Source: Asterias rubens (Eukaryota). Taken from it: 64,000 nucleotides of DNA. A program made the position numbers and the translations under genes. A model generated the notes under the pieces. The model made no database searches. It saw only the letters and a list, made by a program, of their open reading frames with translations, and was not told the origin of the DNA. The DNA is taken from assembly GCF_902459465.1 (NCBI RefSeq), contig NC_047062.1:18042001-18106000 (forward strand), in the 5' to 3' direction. Shown here piece after piece: positions 24,333-37,000 of this stretch (its first letter is position 1; each line of letters starts with the position of its first letter).

Positions 24333-25235
24333 GCAGGATTAACTTATAATAAATAAATCCAGACCATTTAGAGTGCTGGTTATGGCTACGGCCTAGACCA
24401 TTTAATCCTTTTTGTTTTGGTCAACGTTCGAACCAATCCTAGGAAGGTCGAATGTCAGGATCGATGAATATTAAGGTTTGTTCAGTTGTTTGAGTGCAGT
24501 GGAAAGAAATAAGCAACTTTTTTAGAACTGCAACTGGCAATTTTAGGCTATGGGGCTACAAAAAGCAGGGGAAAAAAACCGCTGAACAATTCTGCGAAAC
24601 AAAAATAGGCAGGGGACCAGGTTGTACATAACAAAGTGTTTTGGCCGGTAGCCTATAAGCTTATTAGGGTAAGCGTATTAAACTTATGTTGTGCATTAGC
24701 TACCTTTTTTGCTGAATGAAGCAACTGTACTTGGTTTTGAAGGTTTTGAATTATAGTGGATGCGATTTGTGCAAGAACAATACAAGAGAAGACAAAACAG
24801 TCCTGCCCTCTCCCATGGGGGGTTTTAACAATCTGGAGAGTAAGGTCGATTTAACTTTAAAACCAAATGAGTTTACTTCCCCCGACTTCCTAGTAACATC
24901 AATTGCATAACTTAGAAGTACAGTCTCCATCAAGTCATTAGTTCTGCCTAAAGCGAAGTCACTTTATCTGTCATCCAGATGGGTGGACGACAATAGTAAA
25001 GGATCTATCGTTGCGACGCTGTTTGTCACCGTGACACTCAAATTGATGCGAACATTTTGCGATAATGGTGCAAAGTGGAACCCCAGTGGTAGATTTCCCC
25101 AGTTGGATTGGCGTGTATTGTAGAGGAAGTGAAGCAGCATTGTGCCTGTCGCTGTTTATCAACCCAACTGCAATAATCGAGTCCTTGTGCCGTTTACCGC
25201 ACATTATTGCACTTACTTACTACGTGTGGCATTAA

Positions 25236-25567
25236 AGGCACTGGGGACGTTTGGTAATTATTGTGTAAAAAAAAGAAGTATTCTGTGAAAACTTTGGCTC
25301 AATTGGTCATTGAAGTTGCAAGAGAATACAATGAAAGAAAAAAAAACACCCTTGTTGCAATGTGTGTGCTTTCAGAAGCCCAAATAGTTCAGCCATGCTG
25401 AAGTCTTATATTATTTCAGTGAGAAATTACCTCGTTCTCAAAAATTACGTGACTTCAGAGGGAGCCGTTTCTCACAATGTTATACACTATCAACCGCTCC
25501 CCATTGCTCATTACCAAGTAAGCTTTTACGCAAACATTGTTTTTACCAATAGTGTCCATCACTACCT
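25236..25567 (+). mobile_element. Kolobok-like MITE
   Basis: TTAA 25232-25235 and 25568-25571; body homologous to 127-510. Confidence 0.8.
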
Positions 25568-26679
25568 TTAAAACATTACTAAACCCCAGCAAGGAAGAAT
25601 GGATGTGTGTTAACATGCATTCAAGTTTTACACACAGCCGTGAACTGCCATCAAACAAACACAATGTATCACTGAAGGAATCCAATCTACTGTCAATATC
25701 AGCATGTTTCCCAACTTAATTTGCCATTATGCTTTTCAACTAATAGTATGAAGAATTGTGGTTTCAAGCGATACAAAACATGTATTTACCGTAAATCCCT
25801 TAAGCAATTTGTTATAATTATTCTACCCCTGCTTTGATAATGAAGTCAGAAAAAGGTGCAAATTTGTTGCGAAGCATTTTTATATAATGTAACAGGAAAT
25901 GGCAAAAACACATATTTGAAAGAATTATGATAGTAAGGCCTATTAACGGTGGCCACCTACCACGTCTGTTCACATCACAATGCGATGTCATAGTATTTTC
26001 AAAACAAAGGTAGCAGTAAACTAATGTAAGTTCTTGCCAACTTAATTTAATAAAGAATAATGTCATCTCACCTTGTGCTCCGACAGAAACACTTTACATG
26101 CGTATAACACAATTTTCTGATAAGTGTTTTTAATTAGAATTTAAATTTGTTTCATTGACGTCAATAATTGCCACATAAAAATAGCGTTCTCGTGGTACGG
26201 TACGAAGAGATACACAGACTTATTTTTTTTATTTTACAAAAAAAAATCTATTAGGCAATTTAAGCAATGGTTTGCGTATAAAAATGATGTCACAAATGGC
26301 CTTGCGTTCATTCATGTATAGGAAATGTATTATTAAACGCAAAATTTGTTTAGTGTATCTTGTTTTCATTCACTCAAATGAATTGACGCTTCTGTTTGTT
26401 GCCAATGTCGATGAAAAATTAAGGTATATAACCTTTTTTTATCAACATGACTTACAGCTAAATTTGTACAATTTAAACTTGACTATTGCAATAGACTTAT
26501 ATTTATAGAAGATATCAGAATATAATGATTTATATTAATTAAAAACTAAAAAGTACTATTGTTGTTTGTTGTGTACGCTTTCTGTTGTTCTCATTTTTTG
26601 TTTTGATTAAAACTAACGGACAGTAGTTCTGGACCCAATTTCATGGGACTGTTTTTCGCTTACGGCCCATAGAATAATG

Positions 26680-28660
26680 TGCTTCAGAGGGCGCCGCAAG
26701 TGGAGAATTCCGACTGGAATTCCGACTGGACTGAAAGGTTCGACTGAGAACCTTTAGCTGTGGCTATGGCTGACTGGCTGGTGAATGTGGGTAGTTGGAG
26801 TTTAAAAAGCCGTATCGACAACTCATTTTGGCTCGTTATTAAATCCCAAAAAGGGTAACTCAAATGCTCGCATAGAGTAAAAACATTGACACATTGGAAA
26901 TAGTTTGAGGGCTATATACAATTACAAGAAAAACCAAAAAAAAAATTAAGTATACTGCGAAAAGAAAATACCTTTTGCCTGGGTGATTCAATTTACAAAG
27001 AGGGCGCACTTACTTATCGTCGATGTTATTGGTGCACTACACAATACGGTCATGAGGAAATCATGCGCCAGCCTCCCGAATTTGGACTGAACGGTGGCTT
27101 TTAGAAGGGATTGAAGAAAGAAGTATGGACAGATGTTGTGCCATTGGGTTGTTGACTGTCAACAACGTGAGCCAACCTAAAATGGCCCCAACTTGCTGTG
27201 AAGCTGCGAAGTGCATGTAATTTTCAAAATGGAGTCTCACGGCTTCGTCTGCTCGTTCATAGTTGTTTTTATGTTGGGTCGGAGTAGCTTCAAACTTTTA
27301 CTCCTAACCTAACCTTGTTTTATATTAAGCATGGATTGGCCATGGGATTTACTTTAGTGCAGTGCACCCTGTAATGTTTTGGAACATGCTTGGAGCACGC
27401 TCACGGGAATAAGCAAACGCACAGTGTTTGTTATAAATGGTTGGCCATGAGACTTATTAGGCAGTGCACCTAATGTTTTGGAGCAGGTACAAAATTGAAA
27501 AAACTGTTTGTTCACAAAGTCTGAAGATTTTAAGATGAGTCCGACATAGTGTGACGTCAGGCCAGCCTATGGCCTGCCCAACAGAGGGCAGCGTTCAGCA
27601 TAGAGCAATGACCAGCTAGCTATCCTCCATGCCCCAACAAATGAAAAATGCAGTGGATGTACAGTCAAGGCCTCACATTTAATAATGACATAGGCCTACA
27701 TTCGCAATAGGCCTAGCCTACACAACGCCTGAAGGCTTCGGTTTCAAACCTCGGCTTAGGGCTCCCTAGTTGGGGACATAATCTCTGGGGGACAGATAAT
27801 GCCCAAAATGGCTCGACGTTCTCCTTTGCAACAGTCATGCTATTGTTGGTTTGAACATAGCCCCCCTCCCCCCTCCCAGACGGAAAGATAGCGAGATTGC
27901 AAAAGGACCGCCCTTCATGTCGCATAATTAGCCTATACATAACATAACAGGTTGTGTGCTTTCAGATGCCTTGAATTCAAATATTGAGTGAGAAATTACT
28001 TCTTTCTCAGAAAGTGTTATTTCAGAGGGATCCGTTTCTCACAATATTTTCATGTTGTTTGTCAACAGCTCTCCGTTGCTCGTTACAAAGTAAGTTTTTA
28101 TGCTACCAATGCAGGCCTAGTAGTAGGCCTAGTAGTGTCCAGTGCGCCTCACCCGGCCCAAGGCCAAGTCATGCGTGAAAAACGACAACAAAATATTCTT
28201 AGGACAGTATAGGGAGCCAAGTATATTAAACCTTTATGGGCTGTGACCTAGCCATTAAAAAAAAATTTGTGAAACTTGATCACCTGATAGTTTATTGGAA
28301 TAGTAGGCTTGTCTGATTATGAAAGCAATCAATGTCTTTATCTTCACACTATGATGAATTAACTAGTCACGTACGAAACGTGTCATCGGTGGCGCGCCTA
28401 CTGCTGCCGCATCAAGTTAAATAGCGCCACCACGCGTCGCGGAAGGGGAACAGGGAAATGGCTTCAAGACTGGTAATCGCCCCCCTGCAAAAAATAATAC
28501 AGCGTCAGAGCAGTAAACCAGCGAATCATCATAAGTAGAAAATGGCCGAGTTTTGAGGGTGTATTTTATCCTTATTGAAGAAGATATTATCAACGTTTGC
28601 AGTTGTCTCTCAAAAATATTTGATTCCTCACTGGAATTACACGCTGGCCTTCTGTAAATG
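26680..28660. promoter_or_regulatory. CpG-enriched probable promoter region of AFTPH (possibly bidirectional)
   Basis: Locally CpG-rich patches, full CRE TGACGTCA 27552-27559, GGCGCGCC ~28390, YY1-like AAAATGGC at ~27179 and 28539; lies just upstream of the putative first exon. Confidence 0.5.
28440..28659 (+). other. AFTPH: Putative non-coding first exon of aftiphilin (5' boundary uncertain)
   Basis: Strong donor GTAAGT at 28660 following the CpG-rich patch. The next acceptor (TTCTTGTTATTAG, 29751) lies 13 nt before the AFTPH ATG. Confidence 0.5.
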
Positions 28661-29590
28661 TAAGTATTGTATTTTATAGTTTGGTTATTTATTTCTGAAT
28701 AAAAAGAATGGAAAATTGACGCCGGTGACTCTCCTCTCGTCTCCAGCTCCCACTCTCTCAGATCAGAGCGCAAGTGTCTGCTGATCATGAGTTGATGATG
28801 ATGTGGTCACATCTGTTTATTTATCTTTCGTAGATTTCCGTATTTTCAGCAGGGAAATTAAGAATCCCGTGTTTCTTTTTAATTGATGCATGTTGTCTTT
28901 GGAAAGAAAGTATTTTGTAGCCTTACTTCTGTTTTTTCCTTGCAAATTAGAATGAGTTGTATTTTGTTTCATTTTTTTTAAATCAACATTATTTTTATTC
29001 AATAGTAAAGTTGTTTTGTTAAAAATGTTTGATTAATTTTGTGTGTGGATAACTTCACTTATGGCGCCACCACTTTTCTCTTTGAGGTAAATTTATTACA
29101 ATTTTTTTCACACGAATGAAATGGTGCTGGGGCCATACAGAAACTTTTTCTTTAAAATTAAAGTGTCATTCGGCATTTGACTGCCCCATGTATAACATGT
29201 TTGTAAGTTGTAATCACTATCAAGTTTTAAGTTAGCTTCAAATGCGTACCACCACTGCTATAATAGTATTTTTGGCTTCCTCTGACTCACTGTCACCAAG
29301 TCTGAAGGCTAAGGAAGTCCAAAGTAAAGTGTCAGAATCAGGCCTGTCTGTACTTCTAGAATCTACAAGGCTCCCCCGTGAGCCTTATTTATAGTTTCTA
29401 GAAGTAGCCTGTCTGCTATACTAGTAGTGTTGTTTGACTGATTCTCTTTCACCATTTCACTCAACAGTCTGACAAAACAGTATTTTATCTTATTCATGCA
29501 ATTTAGAATGATTTTGATCGTACCATGATCTGGAAAATCAACAAGTCCAACAAATATTACAATAGCCTCCACTGTCCACTGTCATACTAA

Positions 29591-29623
<33 letters not shown>

Positions 29624-29764
29624 TGCTCTTTGAGCAAACAAAAATGGCTTTGCCCTCTCAAATATGAAATTCCAACCCGTCATTTAGCCATGGAAGCGGT
29701 TAATTGTAAATGTTCACTGCATAATATTTATCTTGTATTTCTTGTTATTAGGTAGCATTTAAAG

Positions 29765-31393
29765 ATGGCTGCTCCAAAGACCTTCATTCCAATGGTCTCT
29801 GCTTCTCCCCCACCTCTGGATGGATTTGATGACGAAGAAGAGGATGATTTTGGATCGTTTGCTAGCGCTGGCTTCTCGCCCGAAAAACAGAAACCTGCAC
29901 AGCAGAATGATACTCATTTCTTCCCCATTAAGGAGGACCCAGAAGATGGTGATGAGGAGTTTGGGAACTTCTCTACTCCTGGCACAAACAACCACAGCGG
30001 AGAACCTTGTAAGCGGACAATAGACGTACAAAACAATGGAAGTGACGACACAGAATTCACAGATTTTCCGTCTCGTATCACAAAACCGCAGAAATATGAC
30101 GAAGAAAATGACTCCAGTTTCACAGCATTCCATGGATTTGTGAACGGGAGAGAACCACATTCCAATAATCAGAACGATAACTCCTGGGGCAATGCACAGA
30201 AATCTCAAAGTATCAAGACGGCAGAGTTGTCGGATAGTGGCAATGAGTTTGACAACCAAAGTCATTTAACGATGGACGATAAAAGCAGACAATGTGTCGA
30301 GCATGGACTGCAAGATTCCAAAGACGAAGCGTCGGATAACCAAAGTAGAAATAGCGAGAATACAAATTCATCAAACTCGTATAGCGATGATGCAACGTTA
30401 GATTTTCAGTCTCCGTTCACATCGGACTCTCATTCACAAGACACGGATTCCTCTGATTTCCCTTCCTTCCGTACTGCTAAAAAAGACAGTCTAAGCTCTC
30501 AACTCAACAAAAAGACTCTCGGACTATCAGAGAGTAGCATTTTAGGTACACAAAATCAAGTTAACTTATTCCCTAAGCCAAATGTAGAATCAAGTGAGAA
30601 TTGGACGGAAGAATCTAGAAACATTGATGACTCATCCGCAAGAGTCCAAGCTGAAGGTTTAAGCGACGATGAATTTGGGGACTTTGGTTCTTTCGCCCAA
30701 CCTGCCAAAAAACTTCAACCGACATCATCGTTCCAGACAACCAAAAGCTGGTCGACGACAAGTCACTCAGAGTCACCATCTGAAAGTGCCAAACTTGATT
30801 TTCCAGAGCCACGTTTAAACACGGACAGAGAAGTCTTGTTTCCCGACTCTAAGTCAGTTGAACCAGAGGGTGACGATTGGGGTGATTTTGACAGCATGCC
30901 AGCAACTACTGTCAAAGCCACGGAACCGAAATCTGAAATCAAAATCCAGGACGTCACAAATTGTGATGATGATGATGATGATTTTAATGATTTTGAGTCG
31001 TTCAAAGAAAAACCACCATCTGATACTTTCAAACCAGATAGCGTTGCGTCCCAGTCGTGGGAGGATGAAAGTTACGGTGGATTTGGAGCATTCAAGGACA
31101 GCTCTACGCTAAGACAAAAAACCCAACCCACCGCAGCAACAGTAAAAACAATCAAGTCTGACAGCTCAGGTTTTTCCTCCAAGGACCAGAGTCGGACAAT
31201 TTCGTCGTCTGCCTCAGCTCTTGAAGAGGATGACTTTGGAGATTTCGGTGCATTCAAAGAGGGAAACACTTCTCAGGCAACGTCTTTTGGAGCTGGAGAT
31301 TTTCAGGCTTTTGATGAGAGGACTGAAAAGGAAAAAGATGACTTTGGTGGTTTCAGTTCCTCCTTTGACTCATTGGCAGCTACTTCATCTCAG
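29765..31393 (+). CDS. AFTPH: Aftiphilin coding exon 1 (543 codons; acidic region with many [W/F]xxF motifs)
   Basis: N-terminus MAAPKTFIPMVSASPPPLDGFDDEEEDDFGSF matches the aftiphilin signature (vertebrate ..SSSPPPLD..DDEFGEF). DWGDF, EFGDF, DFGDF, DFNDF AP-1 gamma-ear motifs. Donor CAG|GTTTGT at 31394, phase 0. Confidence 0.92.
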
Positions 31394-31756
31394 GTTTGTG
31401 TAGAAAAAGGGTTTTATTTATTTGTTATTTATATATTCACTTAACAAATTTCACAAAAACTATTCACAAAAACAAATTTTCCCTTGTGGTTTATATTGAT
31501 ATCTGAAACAAAAAGTCGCATCCCCAAAGGTGATCCCCTGGCTGCCGCTTCCCAGGTTGTATCGTAATTTGGGTGTGATCCCTGCCTACACGGCTGTTAA
31601 AGGTTGTATGGCTTCTGACTGGCACCCCCGAACAAAGATATTGACAAAATAGGGACACCGCCAGTGCGTCGGCACGTTAATCCGGAGGTCGTTGGTTCGA
31701 TCCCACTCTAGTCAATTCTTTGCAACCCAAAAAATCAAAAACAAATTTGTATAAAT

Positions 31757-32110
31757 AGTTGTTATCATGCCATGTATGGCCGTTTCAACTCTTGCTTGTT
31801 CTGTATTCTGGTTGGCTGAAACACCGTCACGTGGGGTGAACTGATATAGTCTAGTGATCGCGCACGCGTGTTTTGCGGGAATAGTCTTTGAAAAAAGTGC
31901 CTGTTACAGCGCCCTCTCTTGACTTGAACTGTGAACAGCAACTACAAAACTTCCTTTCTTTTCCAGATTTCTGTTATTATTTCACATTTAAGACCAAGGT
32001 GTGTTATAAAACACATATTGACTGCATAATTTGGTAACTAGTGTACGTCTATTCCCCATGTAATAGACATACACTAGTAACCTCATTGCCAGTCAATATG
32101 TGTACATACT
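31757..32110 (+). mobile_element. Non-autonomous element with terminal nested hairpin (same architecture as 7690-8112)
   Basis: CATATTGACTG (32014) / CAGTCAATATG (32090) arms enclosing an ACTAGTGTA..TACACTAGT stem; upstream GTTGGCTG..TCACGTG and GTTATAAAAC. Confidence 0.45.
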
Positions 32111-33261
32111 ATTGATCAAATAATAATAATGAAAACTTATAAAGCACACAAATCCACAGAAGTGCTCATGGTGCTCATGCAAAATCAGTCAAAATCAAGG
32201 AAAAGCATCCTGTTGGTAGGTCATTGCGTCACAAGTTCGTATTCGCTGCCCTGCCAAAGTTTTTGCTACCTCCCACTCCAAAGCTGGCTTATGTTTGTAT
32301 GTAATTTGACCCCAAATCACTGATTTTAACGTTCAATAAGCATACATGTATTGTTAATTGTCAGAAACTTTCAATTTCGAGAAGAACTTAGTCTTTTAAG
32401 TGGTCTTGTTGTTGTGGTCTTGTTTGTTTTAGTCTTTGAAGAACATATTAATGCCATCCCTATGGACTTCTGGAAATCAGTTGAGCAAGTGTGCATAAAG
32501 TGGGTGTGGCTTAGTTTAAGTACATCACTCTCCCGAAGAGAATTATGGTTGATATTGTTTTGATTGACTTTGAATGGCTTAAAGATAAGTGGATATTGAG
32601 TCAAGAGACGGTAATTGACCAAAACAACAAGACCACTTAAAAAAAATCTCCCTTTAACTTCTACTGTTTACTTCTAGAGTGCATTGACCTTTACACCGCT
32701 CTAAACCAAGTTCAACTCCTTAATTGAACACAAGCTGTGCCCCCCTGGGATACCCTCATCTAGTTAATTAAAATATTTCAAGCCAAAGCGCAGACTAAAA
32801 CAATATTAACTCAAGGACTCCCACTTAAGTGGCTTGCTGTCGGGTGAAATAACATTCAATTAGGGGGGTATAGAGTATGGGCTGGTTAAGGACTGGCAAT
32901 AAGCCATTTCCATGTGAGATTTGAAAACTGTTACAATGACGTGCTTGATCACAAGTTAGCATTTAAATTTGAATTCCTCAGACTATCGAGACAGTTGCTT
33001 TGCTTAGTTACGTATGAGAAGATGAACACCCATACACGATTCTGAATGAATGTGTATGGAACAGTGCTGCCAGGGTTTGCTCATCTGGTGATTGATATTA
33101 CAAAAGCTTGCCTGAACTATTTGACATAGCAACTGTTTCTATAGTCTGAGGAATTAAAATGTACGTCCTTAGTACGTGGTACATTGTGACTAAGCAAGTC
33201 ATTGTACCAGACCTTATTTAAATCTAACACAGCTTATTCTTAATTGATTGGTGTTTTGCAG

Positions 33262-33434
33262 CAGGCAACGGGCAGTCGGGTGGACAGCGTGTTTAGGTCA
33301 TGCTTCCCTGGCAATGGGCCAACGTTGGCAGCTAATCTCATTGTTGACCTATTGACGGACCTCATCATCAAGGGAGGAGAGGAGTCGGAAGAAGGGACGG
33401 GTACTCAAGGAGCTGACAAGAGCAAGCACACAAG
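33262..33434 (+). CDS. AFTPH: Aftiphilin coding exon 2 (QATGSRVDSVFRSCFPG...KSKHTR)
   Basis: Acceptor TTTTGCAG|CAG in phase 0 with exon 1; VFRSCFP motif; ends at probable GC donor AAG|GCAAGT (phase 2). Confidence 0.75.
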
Positions 33435-36400
33435 GCAAGTACATGAATTAGAATACGATCACTGTTATGACATGTGTGCATGTTTCTCAGGATTATAAAC
33501 AAAAAAACAACTTTCTTGGTATGAAACTACATGTAGATGAAGTTAGTTTTTTAATGCAAAAACCTGTGTAAAGTTCAAGTTTTCAAGTACTAGTGTTTGC
33601 ACAGTTACCTTTATTAGTAACATTTAAAAATGTGTAGGATCTCAGATTCACACACAACCTAAATGGTCCATGTATAAAGATGGTCATGGTGGAAAACTCC
33701 TCCTGAAAGAAAGCACTGTTTGTTCATTGGAAACTTTTCAGAAACTTTCATCAGAAATGTTACAGTATAAAGGTAAAATCTGGTTGTTTCCTGGCCTCAT
33801 ATTTTTTATTGACATATTTTGTGTGTATACATGTACAATGTAGGCCTACATGTACATCTATTTCTATTCTAAACCACACCAATACTATAGTTTTTAAAAC
33901 ACAGGGTATCACGTGTTTCAGCACTGCGGTGCTCCAGTTCCATGTATTTTTTCCCCCCGCTTTTCTTTTAATGGTCCGATCCCATGCCCGTTCATTAGAC
34001 TTCTGGGTGTACACACCCGCAGCAAGACCAACAACTCAGTACAAACTTGAGCATGTCTTTCTTGTGACTGATTATTAACGTCCCACACTGGTCAATTTCA
34101 GTCACGGTAATATTACAAGAGGGGCCTATCAAGAAATCAAATCAGGCAATAAAAATGCACAGAGTGAAGAGCGTCTCTTCTTGGCAATTGCCAACATGAA
34201 GCTACAGTGGACGGAATTTGGCAATTGCCAACACGAAGCTACAGTGGACGGAATACTAGCACTACTTAACGTGTACCACAGCCCTAGTGTTTTTATGATA
34301 CCTCTAGGCATAGTCATCAAGTTTGCTAGTCTTATACCTTACGCTGTTATTCTGTCAAGCGCATTTGCTGCATTGACGTATTTATAAACTAGCCACAGCT
34401 GAAATATTTTAGAGCTATTTTAAACCGTGCAGGCAGATTTTGGCACCCTATTTAGAGTTTGTAAGCTGTTTCGACCTGGGAAGAAGTGTTGTTTTGTATG
34501 TTTCAAAATTTATATAATGTAAAAAAAATTGTTACTCTTATACGTATAAAACATGTATTTTTCAACTGTGTCCTCTGTACATAAAACATGTATTTTTCAA
34601 CTGTTATTGGATACTTAAAATGTATGTGGGAAATTATCGTGTCTGCATTTAACTTACATAGTCAAACTTGACAAACTCACAAAATGGTAAAAAGTAGGTT
34701 TGTGTGATGCATATATGACCAATAATTATTAAAATGGTTATCAACTCACTGGAGGGGCCAGTCTTTTTTCCAGGCTACCTCGGTTTCCTTGTGATTTTAG
34801 AGTCTCCCGGTAGTCAACTGATTTACTCAAACGCTTCTGATGCTTGGCCCTCCATATTGCAAATTTATACATGTGGTATTCATCTGCCACAAATGGCTCT
34901 CTTACTTTTGCCTTAGACACTCATACACTTAGTGGACAAAATTATATTCATTATATGCATGCAGTTATGCATTGAGTCTAGGTTTAGTTATAGCACATTG
35001 GGTAGCACTGTATGAATAATTTATATGTTACAAGCTCTGTTTCTGTGGATGCTTACTGGAAAGTACGATGCTTGTTTACTTGCAGAAAGTAGAAAGTTTT
35101 CTTGAAGGTTCTGGCCAAAGCATTTTTGGTTTTCAATATACGTTAAATAATAAATTTAAAAATTTATTTATAGCGAATACCAAAGACCATGTAACCTATA
35201 TGACACTGACATAAAATGTTTACAACAGAGTCACAGAGCCATGACTTCATGCGGGCACGATTTGTATAGGGCTTAATGGAGAAAAACATAAAATCTTGCA
35301 TTTTTGTAGAGATTTTGAAGTACAATTTTTATCACCTTTTAAAACTTGTGCAGCTGTTATTTTTTTAACTGTTGAATTCATGTCGAAACTGTGAAAGTTC
35401 GCATGTTCTGTGTAGCATCTTGCAGGCCAGAAAGGCTATTGATCTTAATTTTGAATAGCAAAGAAAATTAAAAACCCATTTTGAAAATCTGTTGATGGTT
35501 TCTGTGGAACATTTTCATACAAGAGTAAGCAATTACTGCTGTGGTAACAAAAGCTTGCACTTTGATGTACATATTTTAACAAAAATATTTGGAAAAAATT
35601 GTGTCTGCCACATGGGAGGATTTTTAAAGGTTGGAAAAAGGTGAGAATTCTACCTACATTTCACGCCTAGTTTTCATCTTCGAGAGGGCAAGGCCACTTT
35701 CCTTTTTGCCAAGGGCACTTCCACTGGCAAATCTTAAAGTCTATTGGAATCATTTGAAAGGGCACCAAGGCCAAGACCTGGAGGGCCAGCCAGTAGGTCA
35801 ACGGAAGCCATAGCCTCCACGGCCTCCTAGTAATTCCAGGTCCGAATTTCCTGCTGATTTTTTCTCGTTATTGAAACATCGCTGTCGGGCCTAGTTTTGG
35901 GGCTAATTCCTCAGTTATCTCCAATCTGGGTTCGTGATTGTGACAGTGTAGAGAGCGTCGTCATGGAGTTAGCCCCACATAGGATTGTGAACCCTTTCCT
36001 AAATTGGATTCATGAGGGAAACTAAGTAAGGAAATGAAGCCCAAAGCACGCTGATAAGTCTCTCGTCATCATCGGGATCTTGGGATCTTGGCCGACAGTG
36101 GCTGTGTCTGTATCAAGGTGTATTACGCTGACACGATTCTATCTCGATTCCCTGCTTCAGTTTACTCGTCGTCGTGTCATTAAAGTTTAAAGTCTCTGGA
36201 TATGTTTTAAGTCGACAACAATTGGATCCTTGTTTTCATGTTCATGTGAGAAGGAATATGTTGGTCAATAACCTTATGTGGGGGACATCAAATGGCATTA
36301 CTTAAAAGGGAATGACATTGTGTTTTTTTGGCATGCTCCGAACATGGAGACTATGGCCTTTGTTGCACTAGTGCCATTGAAATTAAACTAAGATGAGAAA

Positions 36401-36783
36401 ATCTTGTTTTTAGCCAATCACACCCACTGTGTGACCATAGGGTTAAGAACATTGAGCAAAATTCATATTGGCAAAAATTCTGAAGTGTTTACAATAAACA
36501 ACTCTTATTCTCATGATTTCTTTTAGTGATTTATAAATTTATTTTTCCTTATATATTTCATGGCAATTTTTTCCCCATCAATATGAACAATTTTAAAGTA
36601 TGATATTAATTTAAAGTATTTGAAGAAACAGAATCGCACACACACATGATTGGGGCACGGAAAGTTGAATTTGCGCAGTCTATTTTTATTACAAAACTGT
36701 AAAATTTTATTTGTAAACATCTAGGTCACTATTGCGGAAGTTGTCATTTGCTGTTGAAAACGAATTACACACACATGTACTTG

Positions 36784-37000
36784 CACGTTGTATACCCACC
36801 TGCTCTCCCCTTAACCGACATTTCTCTCTTTTTGTCTCAAGAAATCCTTTTTTTTCTTTTCTTTTCTTAATGCATGAATCCCATCAGTAAACCACGTTGT
36901 ATACCCACCTGCCCTCACCTTAACCGACATTCCTCTCTTTTTGTCTCAAGAAATCCTTTTTTTTCTTCTTTCTTAACACATGAATCCCTTCAGTAAACCA
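36784..37000. repeat. Tandem duplication, 2 x 109 bp
   Basis: CACGTTGTATACCCACCTG at 36784 and 36893. Confidence 0.85.

Noticed and set aside
27179-28548. YY1-like AAAATGGC motifs as strong promoter evidence
   Set aside because: The same word occurs in the abundant CAGGCCTG MITE family, so it has little specificity here; used only as weak support.
29759-31403. Several 60-168 aa ORFs on other frames and strands over AFTPH exon 1 (likewise over the GPCR and R4 ORFs)
   Set aside because: Shadow ORFs of genuine coding sequence; no independent signals.
31394-31444. ORF-track C-terminus of the 559-aa ORF (VCVEKGFYLFVIYIFT*)
   Set aside because: Read-through into the intron; donor at 31394 and conserved downstream exons show the protein continues.
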